A stretch of 32,000 bases of DNA from Candidatus Methanoperedenaceae archaeon (GCA_963753595.1 CAVWCX010000009.1:18013-50012), one strand, 5' to 3'; numbered from the stretch's first letter, positions 1-9,408 are shown. The notes: a model not told the origin generated them from the letters alone. Made by a program: numbers and translations.

Positions 1-1554
1 GAAAATGAAGGAATTGATATTCTCATAAGCGGCGATAAAGTTTATTATCACAATACTGAAAAATCAATATCGGCTCTTGATGCACTTGATAAGGCCATAA
101 AAAAATATGATGAAGCAAGGCTTTTGTCATATGATGACCTGAATAATACTTTTCCTGTGTGGATCACCATAAACAATATCGCCCGTGAACAGGCTTTCCA
201 GGCGCCGTCAATTAATAAACTCCCTATGAATATGCCAGGGCAGGCCCCGGGAATAGATCAGAGCCAGGAGAGTGATAAATCCCGGGAATCATCAGTGGAA
301 CCGGCAGGCTCCGCGCCCGAACAAGGAACAGGAACTATCCCGGAAAAAGCAACCGGTAATATACAAATCCCTTCCATCAGGGAAATAACGGAAAATAAGA
401 TAATTTCACCCATTGATGAGCAAACTCTCGCAACGCCATCTCATTTTAACCCTTCTGTCCCTTTTAAATCCGTAGTCCTGAGTTTTATATTTATCTTCCC
501 GATTTTTTTTATCGCGCAGTTTTTTTCATCAAGCATAATGGATGAAAGGATAAAGAAAAAAGGTGAACTTTTGCTTGTTTCACCTGTTAGTCCATACCAG
601 ATCGTCCTTGGCAAGCTTTTACCTTATCTTCTGGGCTCAATTGCGCTTGTGGCCATAATGACATTTAAACTGGGGGGAAGCCCTTGGATAATCCTGACCC
701 TCCTGCCTGTTTCCCTGATGTTTCTCTCAACATCCTTCCTGGGTGCAATAATTGCACGCAGTTTCAAGGAACTCAGTTTTGTGCTTATTTTTCTTTCGGT
801 TTTCCTGTCCGGCTATATTTTCTTTCCTGCGATGTTCGCTAATATCCATGCCATAAGTATTATTTCCCCCATAACACTTGTTGTCAGACTTCTTGAGAAT
901 GAGACTGTTTCGATAAGCGATTACTTGTTTTCGACAACCCCATTTTACCTGTTATCAATTCTTATCCTGATATTTGGCATTTTCATTTACAGGGAAGAAG
1001 ACCTGTTCACACAAAAATCCATCAAAGAAAAACTTATTGATTCGATCCAGGAATTTATTAAACGAATTCCAGCCCCGCTATTCTCACTCAGCATCGCCCT
1101 TCTTCCCCTTGTTTTTTCGATCCAGTTGATGCTTATCGTTCTGATGTTTAATTTTCCTATCCGGATCGGGATTTTATTCTTTATTATTATTGCCGCTTTT
1201 GTTGAAGAACTGGTAAAATCAGTCGGGATATATACCGTATTTTCCAGGAAAATGTCAGATGTCACAACAGGTAATGCCCTTAAATTCGGGATATTATCAG
1301 GGTTTGGTTTTTTCGCAGGTGAAAAGATACTGCTTCTTGTTGTGATTGCCAGTATCGCAGGGTCTGCTTTCGGGTCAGTGATGGGGGTCGGGCTTCTTGT
1401 TTTTCCTTTGCTTTTACATGTCACTTCCACAACAGCAGCTTCATTAAGTATGAGATATCTCGGGCATCGGGAGTATCTTGCCTGCGTTGTCCTTGCATCG
1501 ATCGTTCATGCGGCTTATAATCTTTATCTGGTAAGGAGTGTTGTTTTTGGCTGA
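1..1554 (+). CDS. ABC-2-type transporter permease (5' end outside window) fused to a C-terminal PrsW/CPBP-like intramembrane protease-like domain
   Basis: Frame 1 is open from nt 1 (ENEGIDILISGDKVYYH...), so the track start at TTG 124 is probably internal. The middle carries the ABC-2 signature DERIKKKGELLLVSPVSPYQIVLGK followed by several TM helices. The last ~170 aa carry VEELVK (EExxK) and VHAAYN (HxxxN) inside hydrophobic helices, the motif pair of PrsW/CAAX-type proteases. Confidence 0.6.
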   Translation, partial: ENEGIDILISGDKVYYHNTEKSISALDALDKAIKKYDEARLLSYDDLNNTFPVWITINNIAREQAFQAPSINKLPMNMPGQAPGIDQSQESDKSRESSVEPAGSAPEQGTGTIPEKATGNIQIPSIREITENKIISPIDEQTLATPSHFNPSVPFKSVVLSFIFIFPIFFIAQFFSSSIMDERIKKKGELLLVSPVSPYQIVLGKLLPYLLGSIALVAIMTFKLGGSPWIILTLLPVSLMFLSTSFLGAIIARSFKELSFVLIFLSVFLSGYIFFPAMFANIHAISIISPITLVVRLLENETVSISDYLFSTTPFYLLSILILIFGIFIYREEDLFTQKSIKEKLIDSIQEFIKRIPAPLFSLSIALLPLVFSIQLMLIVLMFNFPIRIGILFFIIIAAFVEELVKSVGIYTVFSRKMSDVTTGNALKFGILSGFGFFAGEKILLLVVIASIAGSAFGSVMGVGLLVFPLLLHVTSTTAASLSMRYLGHREYLACVVLASIVHAAYNLYLVRSVVFG

Positions 1555-2608
1555 TACAGGGGTTATTGTGAAAAAGGAGGTTAAATCCCTCCTGTTTGAA
1601 AAAACACTAATACTGGCAATAATCGTACAATTGTTAATTGCCTCATTCTCATCTTTGATCGTTATTGGTCTTGCTTCATTTTTTGATCCGTCCTCTCTCA
1701 GTAATTATGACACTCCCAGGGCAAATGTGGGAATCGTGGGGCAGGGGGAATTAAGGCAATTCATTGAAAAAGGGCATATACATCCTCATTATTACAGGGA
1801 TGTTGACTCTGCACTTATTGATTTTTATAACAATAAAATCGATGCGGTCATCGTCATCCCGAAAGAAGGATCCGAAGGTAATGAAATTATCAACCTGGAA
1901 ATATATCTTCCAAAATCAGATATAAGGGGCACTTTCGTAACACTGGAGCTGAAGAAACCCCTGGAGGAATATGAAGGCTATGTCCAGGATATAAGGGGTA
2001 AAAGGATCGGTTTTGAACCAATAAAAGTCTATGTTGATAAAGTTCCGAAAAAAACATCCGCATATTTTGAATTCATATTCGGGATACTTATCCCCCTTCT
2101 TGTTTTCACCCCGGTTTTCATATCAGGCGGCCTGATAATCGATATGCTGACCGAGGAATATGAACGTAAGACCATGGATTTGCTGCTGGTAACACCAGTG
2201 TCCTTTTCCCAGGTTTTAAACGGCAAGATGATCACTGCCATCATTATTGTCCCGGCACAGGCATTTTTGTGGATTCTTCTTGTCAGGTTAAACGGAGTAG
2301 TTGTTCACAACATCGGATTAATACTTCTTCTTTCAGGAATAATAGCGGCGATCGTTGTTATTATCGGGGCGATCATAGCAGTCAAATATAAAAAGAGAAT
2401 GATCTCACAGTATTTGTATTCACTTGTGCTTATTTTGATGTTCCTCATGGGATATCTTTTCACAAATTCTCCTTTTAACCTTGTGACAAGGCTGTCAGCC
2501 GATTCTATTGGCGCTGTGGTGCTGGTTTATTGCGGGGCGTATGCCGCTGTTGCGATTGTACTTTATATGGCTATGATGAGATTCCAGGTTTCAGGAACGG
2601 ATAATTGA
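1538..2608 (+). CDS. ABC-2 family transporter permease (NatB-like, with a large extracytoplasmic loop after TM1)
   Basis: N-terminal TM helix, then a ~150-aa soluble loop, then TEEYERKTMDLLLVTPVSFSQVLNGK (ABC-2 signature) and 5 TM helices. It overlaps the upstream permease by 17 nt, so an operon is likely. GTG start at 1538; a TTG at 1547 is an alternative. Confidence 0.6.
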   Translation: MLFLADTGVIVKKEVKSLLFEKTLILAIIVQLLIASFSSLIVIGLASFFDPSSLSNYDTPRANVGIVGQGELRQFIEKGHIHPHYYRDVDSALIDFYNNKIDAVIVIPKEGSEGNEIINLEIYLPKSDIRGTFVTLELKKPLEEYEGYVQDIRGKRIGFEPIKVYVDKVPKKTSAYFEFIFGILIPLLVFTPVFISGGLIIDMLTEEYERKTMDLLLVTPVSFSQVLNGKMITAIIIVPAQAFLWILLVRLNGVVVHNIGLILLLSGIIAAIVVIIGAIIAVKYKKRMISQYLYSLVLILMFLMGYLFTNSPFNLVTRLSADSIGAVVLVYCGAYAAVAIVLYMAMMRFQVSGTDN

Positions 2609-2714
2609 TAATGATTATAATTTTATACAAATGGGCATGTTTTCCAAAAGTGTTATAAGATGCCACTACCATAAAAACCCGAAATCAATTATCACGATCA
2701 AATGAGGATTTTAT

Positions 2715-3119
2715 ATGACTGAAAAAATTGGAATACTTGCACTCGGACATGGAAGCAGACATCCGCATAACAAAGAGGTCGTCAGTGGTGTTGCGGAACT
2801 GATCGCCAAAAAATATAAGGATGTTGTAGTTAAGATCGGTTTTATGAATATGAACACCCCGACAATGAAGGAAGGACTCGATGGTTTCAAAGGGACGGGT
2901 GTCACCAAGATAGTAGCTGTTCCAATTTTCCTGGCGCACGGTGTACATACCATGGAAGATATTCCCCAGATACTTGGTATAAGCAGGGACTCGCGAAAAA
3001 CCATGATAAAACTTGACGGCAAAGATATTGCGCTTATTTATTCAGAGCCTCTCGGCGTTGATGAACTGGTCGCAGAGCTGGCATTCAAGAGAGTTAACGA
3101 AGCTATTTCCTCGAATTAA
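2715..3119 (+). CDS. cfbA: Small CbiX-type sirohydrochlorin chelatase (nickelochelatase CfbA of F430 synthesis, or cobaltochelatase)
   Basis: 134 aa. N-terminus IGILALGHGSRHPHNKEV and AVPIFLAHGVHTMEDIP are typical of CbiX(S). It sits directly upstream of, and overlapping, a Mur-ligase-like gene, as in cfb clusters. Confidence 0.8.
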   Translation: MTEKIGILALGHGSRHPHNKEVVSGVAELIAKKYKDVVVKIGFMNMNTPTMKEGLDGFKGTGVTKIVAVPIFLAHGVHTMEDIPQILGISRDSRKTMIKLDGKDIALIYSEPLGVDELVAELAFKRVNEAISSN

Positions 3120-4492
3120 TGCAAATCAATAGTTCCTCCAGGGTAGCAGTACTTGACCTGACACATGGAGGGGCTGTCATAGCCCGTAAATTTAAGAAGA
3201 TCACAGGATCAGTGACTGCCATAGATGTGTACAGGAAACTCGGTCCTGGATTATTGGATGAACTTGAAAGGGATGGGATCAAAACCTCAAGGGAACCCCT
3301 GAATGCATCGGATTTTGATTATATTATATCTCCGGTGCACCTTGATTCAAATTATCCGATGCTTCTGGATGCAGCAGCGAATAAGATCCCTGTTTTATCC
3401 CATCATCAGGCTGTGGGGCATATCTTATCAGGATACGAGCTTAAGAACAAGACACTTATCGAGCTGACGGGTACAAAAGCCAAAACAAGCACCGCGATCT
3501 TGCTGGCAGATATTTTATCAAGGGAAAAAAAAGTAGTCTCACATACAAGCAGGGGTCTTGAAGACTGGAGTACAGGAACAATGATCAGGAAAGGATTGAG
3601 CATAACGCCGGCAAGCATCCTTACCGCTCTTGATGCTGTTCACGAAGCGGGGGTAAAATTCGATGTGTTCATATCCGAGATCTCAATTGGCGGGACAGGT
3701 TCTGCCGACATTGGAATAATTACCACGATAGCCAATGATTATAAGATCGCCAATAACACAAAGCTTGCAAGTGAAGCTAAGCGCCGGATGATACTTGATG
3801 CAAGACCCGGAAGCATACTTGTAGTAAATAATGACGCTTTGAGGTTTTTCGGGGCATGCAGGAGGGATATTAATGTTATCTCATTTACTGATTCAGTGAA
3901 TGCAGCATGTAATGTCTATTATGAGAGCCTGGGTGCAAAAGGCGCAACATTAGCTTATTTTCTTGGAAAGGAACATGGCAGGATCCATATCCGGGAAGCG
4001 GCAGATTACGATATAACTTCTTATAAAACTGCCTTTGTATGTGCCACTGCTGCTGCTCTTGCCCTGGATATCAAAGCTCTGGCAATTGAGCGTGTATTAC
4101 AGGAATTTAAGGGTGCAGAAGGGCGAATGAAGAAGATCTCCCTTGACGGAAGGATACTGATCGACAACTCGAACTCAGGAATGGATATCAGGACAGCCGA
4201 AAAAGCGCTTGAATATTCAAAAAACGAGGGCAAAAGGATAGTCATGATACTTGGCGAAGAAGCAAAAGAAGTATGCGAAGGACTCGAACCATCTGGTGTT
4301 GGCCGGTTTATCAATAAGCATATAAACGAACTTGCGGCCCTCATACTTGTAGGGGAAAGGATGAAAACATTCATTGAAAATGACCCGGAAAAGATCCATC
4401 ATGCAAATGATCTTCCTGGCGGGATAGAGCTTGCAAAATCATTGACAAAGGAAAAGGATATCATTTTATCCTGTGTAAAGTGCTTCAGGTGA
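3119..4492 (+). CDS. cfbE: Mur-ligase-family protein, probable coenzyme F430 synthetase CfbE
   Basis: 457 aa. LTGTKAKTSTA is a Mur-ligase P-loop variant. The start codon overlaps the cfbA stop (ATGA-like coupling at 3119). The call comes from architecture and context; no search was run. Confidence 0.65.
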   Translation: MQINSSSRVAVLDLTHGGAVIARKFKKITGSVTAIDVYRKLGPGLLDELERDGIKTSREPLNASDFDYIISPVHLDSNYPMLLDAAANKIPVLSHHQAVGHILSGYELKNKTLIELTGTKAKTSTAILLADILSREKKVVSHTSRGLEDWSTGTMIRKGLSITPASILTALDAVHEAGVKFDVFISEISIGGTGSADIGIITTIANDYKIANNTKLASEAKRRMILDARPGSILVVNNDALRFFGACRRDINVISFTDSVNAACNVYYESLGAKGATLAYFLGKEHGRIHIREAADYDITSYKTAFVCATAAALALDIKALAIERVLQEFKGAEGRMKKISLDGRILIDNSNSGMDIRTAEKALEYSKNEGKRIVMILGEEAKEVCEGLEPSGVGRFINKHINELAALILVGERMKTFIENDPEKIHHANDLPGGIELAKSLTKEKDIILSCVKCFR

Positions 4493-4511
4493 AGCGGTAA
4501 ATGTGAACTGC

Positions 4512-4713
4512 TCAAAAGATAACTCGTGCAAGAATATGGAGCTTAATAAACCAATTATTCTCGCAAAAATTACAGAAAAAATGTCTGTTGCGGAGCTTAT
4601 GAATTCGTTTTCCGGCTGTGCTTTCGGAACAGGCTCGCATTTATGAAACTGTTGAAATATACCACGAAATATACATGACAGGGATTGCACAAAATTCTTC
4701 GGTCTTTAAACGA
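4512..4713 (+). pseudogene. Decayed tandem duplicate of the dys promoter-proximal region and first ~56 codons
   Basis: nt 4512-4713 align with 4714-4905 at an offset of 202 nt (tcaaaagataac...aagaatATGgagcttaataaaccaattatt...ggattgcacaaaattcttcgg). The upstream copy keeps its ATG (4536) but has a +1 insertion (ggctcgcattt vs ggccgcattt) that gives a TGA after 35 codons, plus a later -1 deletion. Confidence 0.85.
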
Positions 4714-4737
4714 TCAAAAGATAACTACTACAAGAAT

Positions 4738-5664
4738 ATGGAGCTTAATAAACCAATTATTCCCGCAAGAATAACAGAAAACATGTCTGTTGATGAGCTT
4801 GTGAATTCGTTTTCCGGCTGTGCTTTCGGAGCAGGCCGCATTTATGAAGCTGTTGACATATACCGCGAAATGATACATGACAGGGATTGCACAAAATTCT
4901 TCGGCCTGGCAGGGGCGATGGTACCTGCGGGGATGAGGCATATTGTTAGCGATATGATAAGGAACGGGGAAATCGATATTCTTGTAAGCACAGGCGCCAA
5001 CCTTGTCCATGACATGATCGAGTCCCTGGGACTTCATCATTACAAAGGAACTGACATAACAGATGATATCCAGTTAAAACACGAATCGGTCAACCGTATA
5101 TATGATGTATTCCTGCCTGAACATCATTTCACGGATCTTGAAACGAAAATGCAATCAATTTTTAAAGAGGTCCCTGAGAAGCTTTCGATCACCGAACTTC
5201 TATCGCACATCGGAGCAAGACTCGATGACAAAAACTCGATATTAAAAAGCGCATATGATATGGGTGTGCCTGTTTATTGCCCTGCCATCCAGGATTCTAT
5301 CATCGGATTGCAGGCATGGCTGTATAAGCAGACACGTCCTCTCAATGTGGATGTCTTTGCCGATATGAGGGGATTGATCGACAGGTGCTATGAGGCAAAA
5401 CGCGCCGGGGTTGTGATAATAGGCGGCGGTGTACCCAAGAATTTCATTTTACAATCAATGCTTGTTACTCCGCGTTCTTTTGATTATGCGATACAGCTCA
5501 CCATGGACAGGCCTGAGACCGGCGGACTTTCCGGCGCAACGCTTGACGAAGCGCGCTCATGGGGTAAGATCGGGGAAAATGCAAGGTCAGTGACAGTGTA
5601 TTCTGATGCGACAATCACGCTTCCCTTGATCGTTGCAGCGGCAAAAAGTGGGAAATCAAAATAA
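4738..5664 (+). CDS. dys: Deoxyhypusine synthase
   Basis: The MELNKP... start at ATG 4738 gives 308 aa. Motifs: FFGLAGAMVPAGMR, GGGVPKNF, ETGGLSGATLDEARSWGK. The track ORF start at 4618 reads through the decayed duplicate and is rejected. Confidence 0.9.
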   Translation: MELNKPIIPARITENMSVDELVNSFSGCAFGAGRIYEAVDIYREMIHDRDCTKFFGLAGAMVPAGMRHIVSDMIRNGEIDILVSTGANLVHDMIESLGLHHYKGTDITDDIQLKHESVNRIYDVFLPEHHFTDLETKMQSIFKEVPEKLSITELLSHIGARLDDKNSILKSAYDMGVPVYCPAIQDSIIGLQAWLYKQTRPLNVDVFADMRGLIDRCYEAKRAGVVIIGGGVPKNFILQSMLVTPRSFDYAIQLTMDRPETGGLSGATLDEARSWGKIGENARSVTVYSDATITLPLIVAAAKSGKSK

Positions 5665-5672
5665 GATCAAAT

Positions 5673-6221
5673 TCAGATAATCTTATTCTCTCCGATCAGT
5701 TTCTGGGTCGCTATCCAGAAGCATATTACAGTAAATGGATATGTTATGAACCCACCCACGCCAAGAGCTGCCCCCATACTATTGATCAATAGCAGGATAA
5801 CGCCGAGTATTATTGAGAATTCGAAATTATCTCTTCCGATCCTGTAGCTTTTTTTGAGTGAGTCTATAGCCCCAAGGTTCTCCCCGATCGCGATCGGGAT
5901 GGCATACTGGAAAAGGGCTATTAGTATCAGTCCCGGGATAATGAGAAGAATTAATCCGGCTACTATTGCCAGGGCGCCAACAATGACCATCACCCAGCTT
6001 ACGGCGAAATAATCAAAACCCTTGAAAACATCTTTTATTTCCACACTTTCCCCCCGGATGATCTTCCTTCCCATTATGTAGAGGCCAAAAAGCAGTGGAG
6101 GCGCCGTGATTATTAAGATCGAACCTATTGCTGCGACCACTGCGGCAACAATAAATATAGCGAATTGTTTCTTATAAATATCAAAACCTTCACTTAATAT
6201 ATCTTCAACCTTAAAATTCAA
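5673..6221 (-). CDS. Integral membrane protein of unknown function (about 5 TM helices)
   Basis: 182-aa ORF with alternating long hydrophobic helices and short basic loops. I recognised no catalytic motif. Confidence 0.55.
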   Translation of the reverse strand: MNFKVEDILSEGFDIYKKQFAIFIVAAVVAAIGSILIITAPPLLFGLYIMGRKIIRGESVEIKDVFKGFDYFAVSWVMVIVGALAIVAGLILLIIPGLILIALFQYAIPIAIGENLGAIDSLKKSYRIGRDNFEFSIILGVILLLINSMGAALGVGGFITYPFTVICFWIATQKLIGENKII

Positions 6222-6653
6222 AGGATCAACTCCAGATTAATATTATCCCTGACAAAATATATAGTTTATCCTTATTATATAATAAATTAAAAAGCTGTAA
6301 CAATAGAAAAATTGTAATAATGGAAAACTATATAAGTATACAAACGGTAGCCTATAGTCGGTCACACATATCCTTCATTTGAGTTATTCCTCAAGTTGGG
6401 TAAAAACACTGTAAACGTTGATTCGATATAAGAATCTGAAAACCAGATGAGGGATATGCAGGGACCAAAAAACCAAAGGAGAAAAGAAAATGGCAAAACC
6501 AATAACGCATAAGTTTCCGGCGTCGAGTATCATAAAAAGGCAAAATTGGCAAAGCAGGACAACTAAAAAGGATTAAATCACAACACAGAATGATTTATAA
6601 TAATAGATTGTAATAAAGAGAAAAAGATAAAGAAGGATAAGAAAAGACAAGTG

Positions 6654-7985
6654 ATGAATATGGGAATTACAAATGAAGATATATTAAGATCCATAGAGGA
6701 AAACAAGGTCAGGTTTTTAAGACTCCAATTTGTTGATATTGGCGGAATGGTCAAGAATGTGGGCATTCCTGTATCACAGGCAGAAAAAGCCCTTACATCA
6801 GGAATAGCATTTGACGGTTCATCTATCGAGGGATTTGTCAGGATCGAAGAATCTGACATGATCCTGAAACCTGATAATAACACTTATATGATTCTTCCAT
6901 GGGACGTTAGCGGGGGAAAGGTCGCAAGGATAATATGTGATGTTTACAGGCCGGACGGAAAGCCCTTTGAAGGCGACCCCCGCTATGTCTTAAAGAGAGC
7001 CATTGCAGCTGCTGCCAAAAAAGGTTTTGTAATGAACACAGGGCCTGAGCTTGAATTCTTTTTCTTCAAGAGAAAAGACGGACAGGCAACAGTTATCCCC
7101 CATGACTTTGGTGGCTATTTTGATTTTCCCCCGATAGACCAGGCCGAAAATATCCGGCAGGATATTGTAGTAGCCCTTGAGAACATGGGATTCAACATCG
7201 AAGCTTCCCATCACGAAGTTTCTATCGGGCAGCATGAGATAGATTTCAAATACAGCGATGCATTAAAGACAGCGGATAATGTCATTACCTTCAAGTTCGT
7301 AACCAAGACGATCGCGCAGAAAAATGATTTGCATGCGTCTTTTATGCCAAAACCTGTCTTTGGAATAAATGGTTCAGGTATGCATACAAATATTTCCCTC
7401 TTTAAGAATGGAAAAAATGCATTCTATGATGAATCAGACAATATGCAGGTCAGCGATACTTTAAGATATTTCATTGGCGGTCTGAAAAAACACGTCAAAT
7501 CCTTCACTGCAGTCACAAATCCTATAGTGAACAGTTATAAGAGGATCGTCCCGGGTTATGAGGCGCCAGTATATATTGCATGGTCAGGGGCCAACCGCTC
7601 ATCCATGATACGAATACCGGCAGCAAGAGGAATGAGCACACGCGTTGAACTAAGAAGTCCTGACCCGTCCTGCAACCCATATCTATCATTTGCAGTAATA
7701 CTGATGGCTGGACTTGATGGTATTGATAATAAGATCGACCCGGGTGAGCCGACAACACTTAACCTGTTCCATCTTAATGATGAAGAACGAATGAAAAACG
7801 GGATCGAATCACTCCCCGGAAGTCTTAAGGAAGCGCTGGATAACCTGGAAACCGACAGCATCATAAAAGATGCACTCGGAGAACATGTCTACCAGGATTT
7901 CATGAGACTTGGAAGGGCAGAATGGGATGCATACAGGATAAGCGTACATGGCTGGGAAATTGAGCGCTACCTGAATATTATATAA
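6654..7985 (+). CDS. glnA: Glutamine synthetase, type I
   Basis: VRFLRLQFVDIGG, GPELEFFFF, SHHEVSIGQHEIDF, NGSGMHTNISL, NSYKRIVPGYEAP and SMIRIP...RVELRSPD are classical GS-I motifs. Start is ambiguous: GTG 6651, ATG 6654 or ATG 6660. Confidence 0.95.
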   Translation: MNMGITNEDILRSIEENKVRFLRLQFVDIGGMVKNVGIPVSQAEKALTSGIAFDGSSIEGFVRIEESDMILKPDNNTYMILPWDVSGGKVARIICDVYRPDGKPFEGDPRYVLKRAIAAAAKKGFVMNTGPELEFFFFKRKDGQATVIPHDFGGYFDFPPIDQAENIRQDIVVALENMGFNIEASHHEVSIGQHEIDFKYSDALKTADNVITFKFVTKTIAQKNDLHASFMPKPVFGINGSGMHTNISLFKNGKNAFYDESDNMQVSDTLRYFIGGLKKHVKSFTAVTNPIVNSYKRIVPGYEAPVYIAWSGANRSSMIRIPAARGMSTRVELRSPDPSCNPYLSFAVILMAGLDGIDNKIDPGEPTTLNLFHLNDEERMKNGIESLPGSLKEALDNLETDSIIKDALGEHVYQDFMRLGRAEWDAYRISVHGWEIERYLNII

Positions 7986-8007
7986 CCAGGCAACATATAA
8001 AGACAAA

Positions 8008-8997
8008 ATGAACACAACAACTATAGACTCAATGGTTCAAAGAAAACTCATAGAGATACTGCGGATACTACATGAGAACCAGGATCCTATAGGGGCACGG
8101 CTAATTGCCGACAGGATGAATGACCGCGGATACCCCATAGGAGAAAGGGGTGTCCGTTATCACCTTCGCATCCTTGATGAGCGCGGTCTCACCAAGCGCC
8201 AGGGCTATGACGGAAGGACCATCACCGAGCGCGGGACAAAGGAACTTGAAAATGCACTTGTCGGGGACAGGATGGGTTTTATCATAACAAGAATTGAGAA
8301 ACTCATTTACGATACTACTTTCGATCTTAAGACCGGGCAGGGAAATGTGATCATCAATACATCGATAATCGATAAAAAAGATATTGATGAAACACTTGAG
8401 ATCATGCAGCATGTGATAAAAGAAGGTTATTGTTTCAGTCCTTTTGTAAAAATAATGGAGGAAGGGAGTCCCAATTATGATATCAATATCCCTGAAGGCA
8501 AAATTGGAATTGCCACCATGTGCAGCATAACGATCGACGGGATTTTGCTAAAAAATGGTATTCCTGTAACCCCTAAATATGGCGGATTGCTGGATGTGAA
8601 TAACAGGAAGCCAACAGGTTTTGAGGATATCATTGTTTATAATGGCACATCTATTGACCCTATGAAAATCTTTATCTCAAAGAAAATGACACATGTGCTT
8701 GATGCGGTAGATACGGGTTCGGGGAGTCTTCTTGCAAACCTTCGTGAGATCCCGATGTCATCTGTTCTGGAGGCTCAAAAAATTTTGAAATCTGCAATGA
8801 GCATGGGGATAGCGGATATTACACAGATCGGGGAACCCGGGATGTCGGTGCTCAAAGCGCCTGTTGATTCGGGAAAAGTCGGGGTCGTAGTATATGCGGG
8901 GACAAATATCATGGCAGCCGTTGAGGAAAGCGGGATCAATGTGGCAACATTCCCGATATCAACGATTATGGATTTCAAGGAATTGAAAGCGCTTTGA
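8008..8997 (+). CDS. nrpR: NrpR-type nitrogen regulatory repressor (wHTH plus one NrpR/DUF128 domain, NrpRI-like)
   Basis: N-terminal wHTH (KLIEILRILHENQDPIGARLIADRMNDRGYPIGERGVRYHLRILDERGL) followed by an NrpR-like domain. It starts 22 nt downstream of glnA. Confidence 0.8.
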   Translation: MNTTTIDSMVQRKLIEILRILHENQDPIGARLIADRMNDRGYPIGERGVRYHLRILDERGLTKRQGYDGRTITERGTKELENALVGDRMGFIITRIEKLIYDTTFDLKTGQGNVIINTSIIDKKDIDETLEIMQHVIKEGYCFSPFVKIMEEGSPNYDINIPEGKIGIATMCSITIDGILLKNGIPVTPKYGGLLDVNNRKPTGFEDIIVYNGTSIDPMKIFISKKMTHVLDAVDTGSGSLLANLREIPMSSVLEAQKILKSAMSMGIADITQIGEPGMSVLKAPVDSGKVGVVVYAGTNIMAAVEESGINVATFPISTIMDFKELKAL

Positions 8998-9124
8998 GGA
9001 TCGAGTAGTGCAATAATAAGAACGAGTCAATATTATCCACATATTTTAATAATTACCTCCCGAAACCTATTTATAGCAAATGTTTCAACAATTGTATGGA
9101 GTATCTATCTCCACAGGTGGAATT

Positions 9125-9331
9125 ATGGAAAAAAATGTTGGAACTATTGACCGTATTGTAAGAGTTGTTATCGGGATAATCCTGTTGTATGCAGCTGCGA
9201 CAGGTATGGTTTCGGGAATTTGGATGTACGTGGCCGGGATTCTTGGCATTGTGATGCTGGCTGCTGCAGCGCTTGCCTACTGCCCTCTGTATCCGGCAAT
9301 GAAAATAAATACTACATCAAAGTCAAAATAA
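9125..9331 (+). CDS. DUF2892 (YgaP-C-like) small membrane protein
   Basis: MEKNVGTIDRIVRVVIGIILL...AYCPLYPAMKI matches the DUF2892 pattern. ATG 9125 is preceded by a ggtgg SD-like element. The track start at 9080 adds an unsupported 15 aa. Confidence 0.65.
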   Translation: MEKNVGTIDRIVRVVIGIILLYAAATGMVSGIWMYVAGILGIVMLAAAALAYCPLYPAMKINTTSKSK

Positions 9332-9335
9332 ACAA

Positions 9336-9350
9336 TTTTTTTCTTTTTTT
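9336..9350 (+). terminator. Oligo-T tract (T7-C-T7), archaeal intrinsic terminator candidate
   Basis: tttttttcttttttt lies 5 nt after the stop of the DUF2892 gene. Oligo-T runs are the usual archaeal termination signal. Confidence 0.5.
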
Positions 9351-9408
9351 ATCTTTCACATATTGATACTGCGCAAGTATTTATGTTAAAAAAACGCATT
9401 CGACACAT

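Noticed and set aside
4618-4737. N-terminal 40-aa extension of deoxyhypusine synthase implied by the track ORF starting at 4618
   Set aside because: These codons read through the frameshifted, decayed duplicate of the gene's own 5' end (ARIYETVEIYHEI then out-of-frame residues). The conserved protein begins at MELNKP (ATG 4738).
6222-6650. Canonical NrpR operators (GGAA-N6-TTCC or ACC-N7-GGT) and a tRNA/ncRNA in the long glnA upstream region
   Set aside because: I found no match by eye to either operator consensus and no cloverleaf-like structure. The absence needs a computational scan to confirm.
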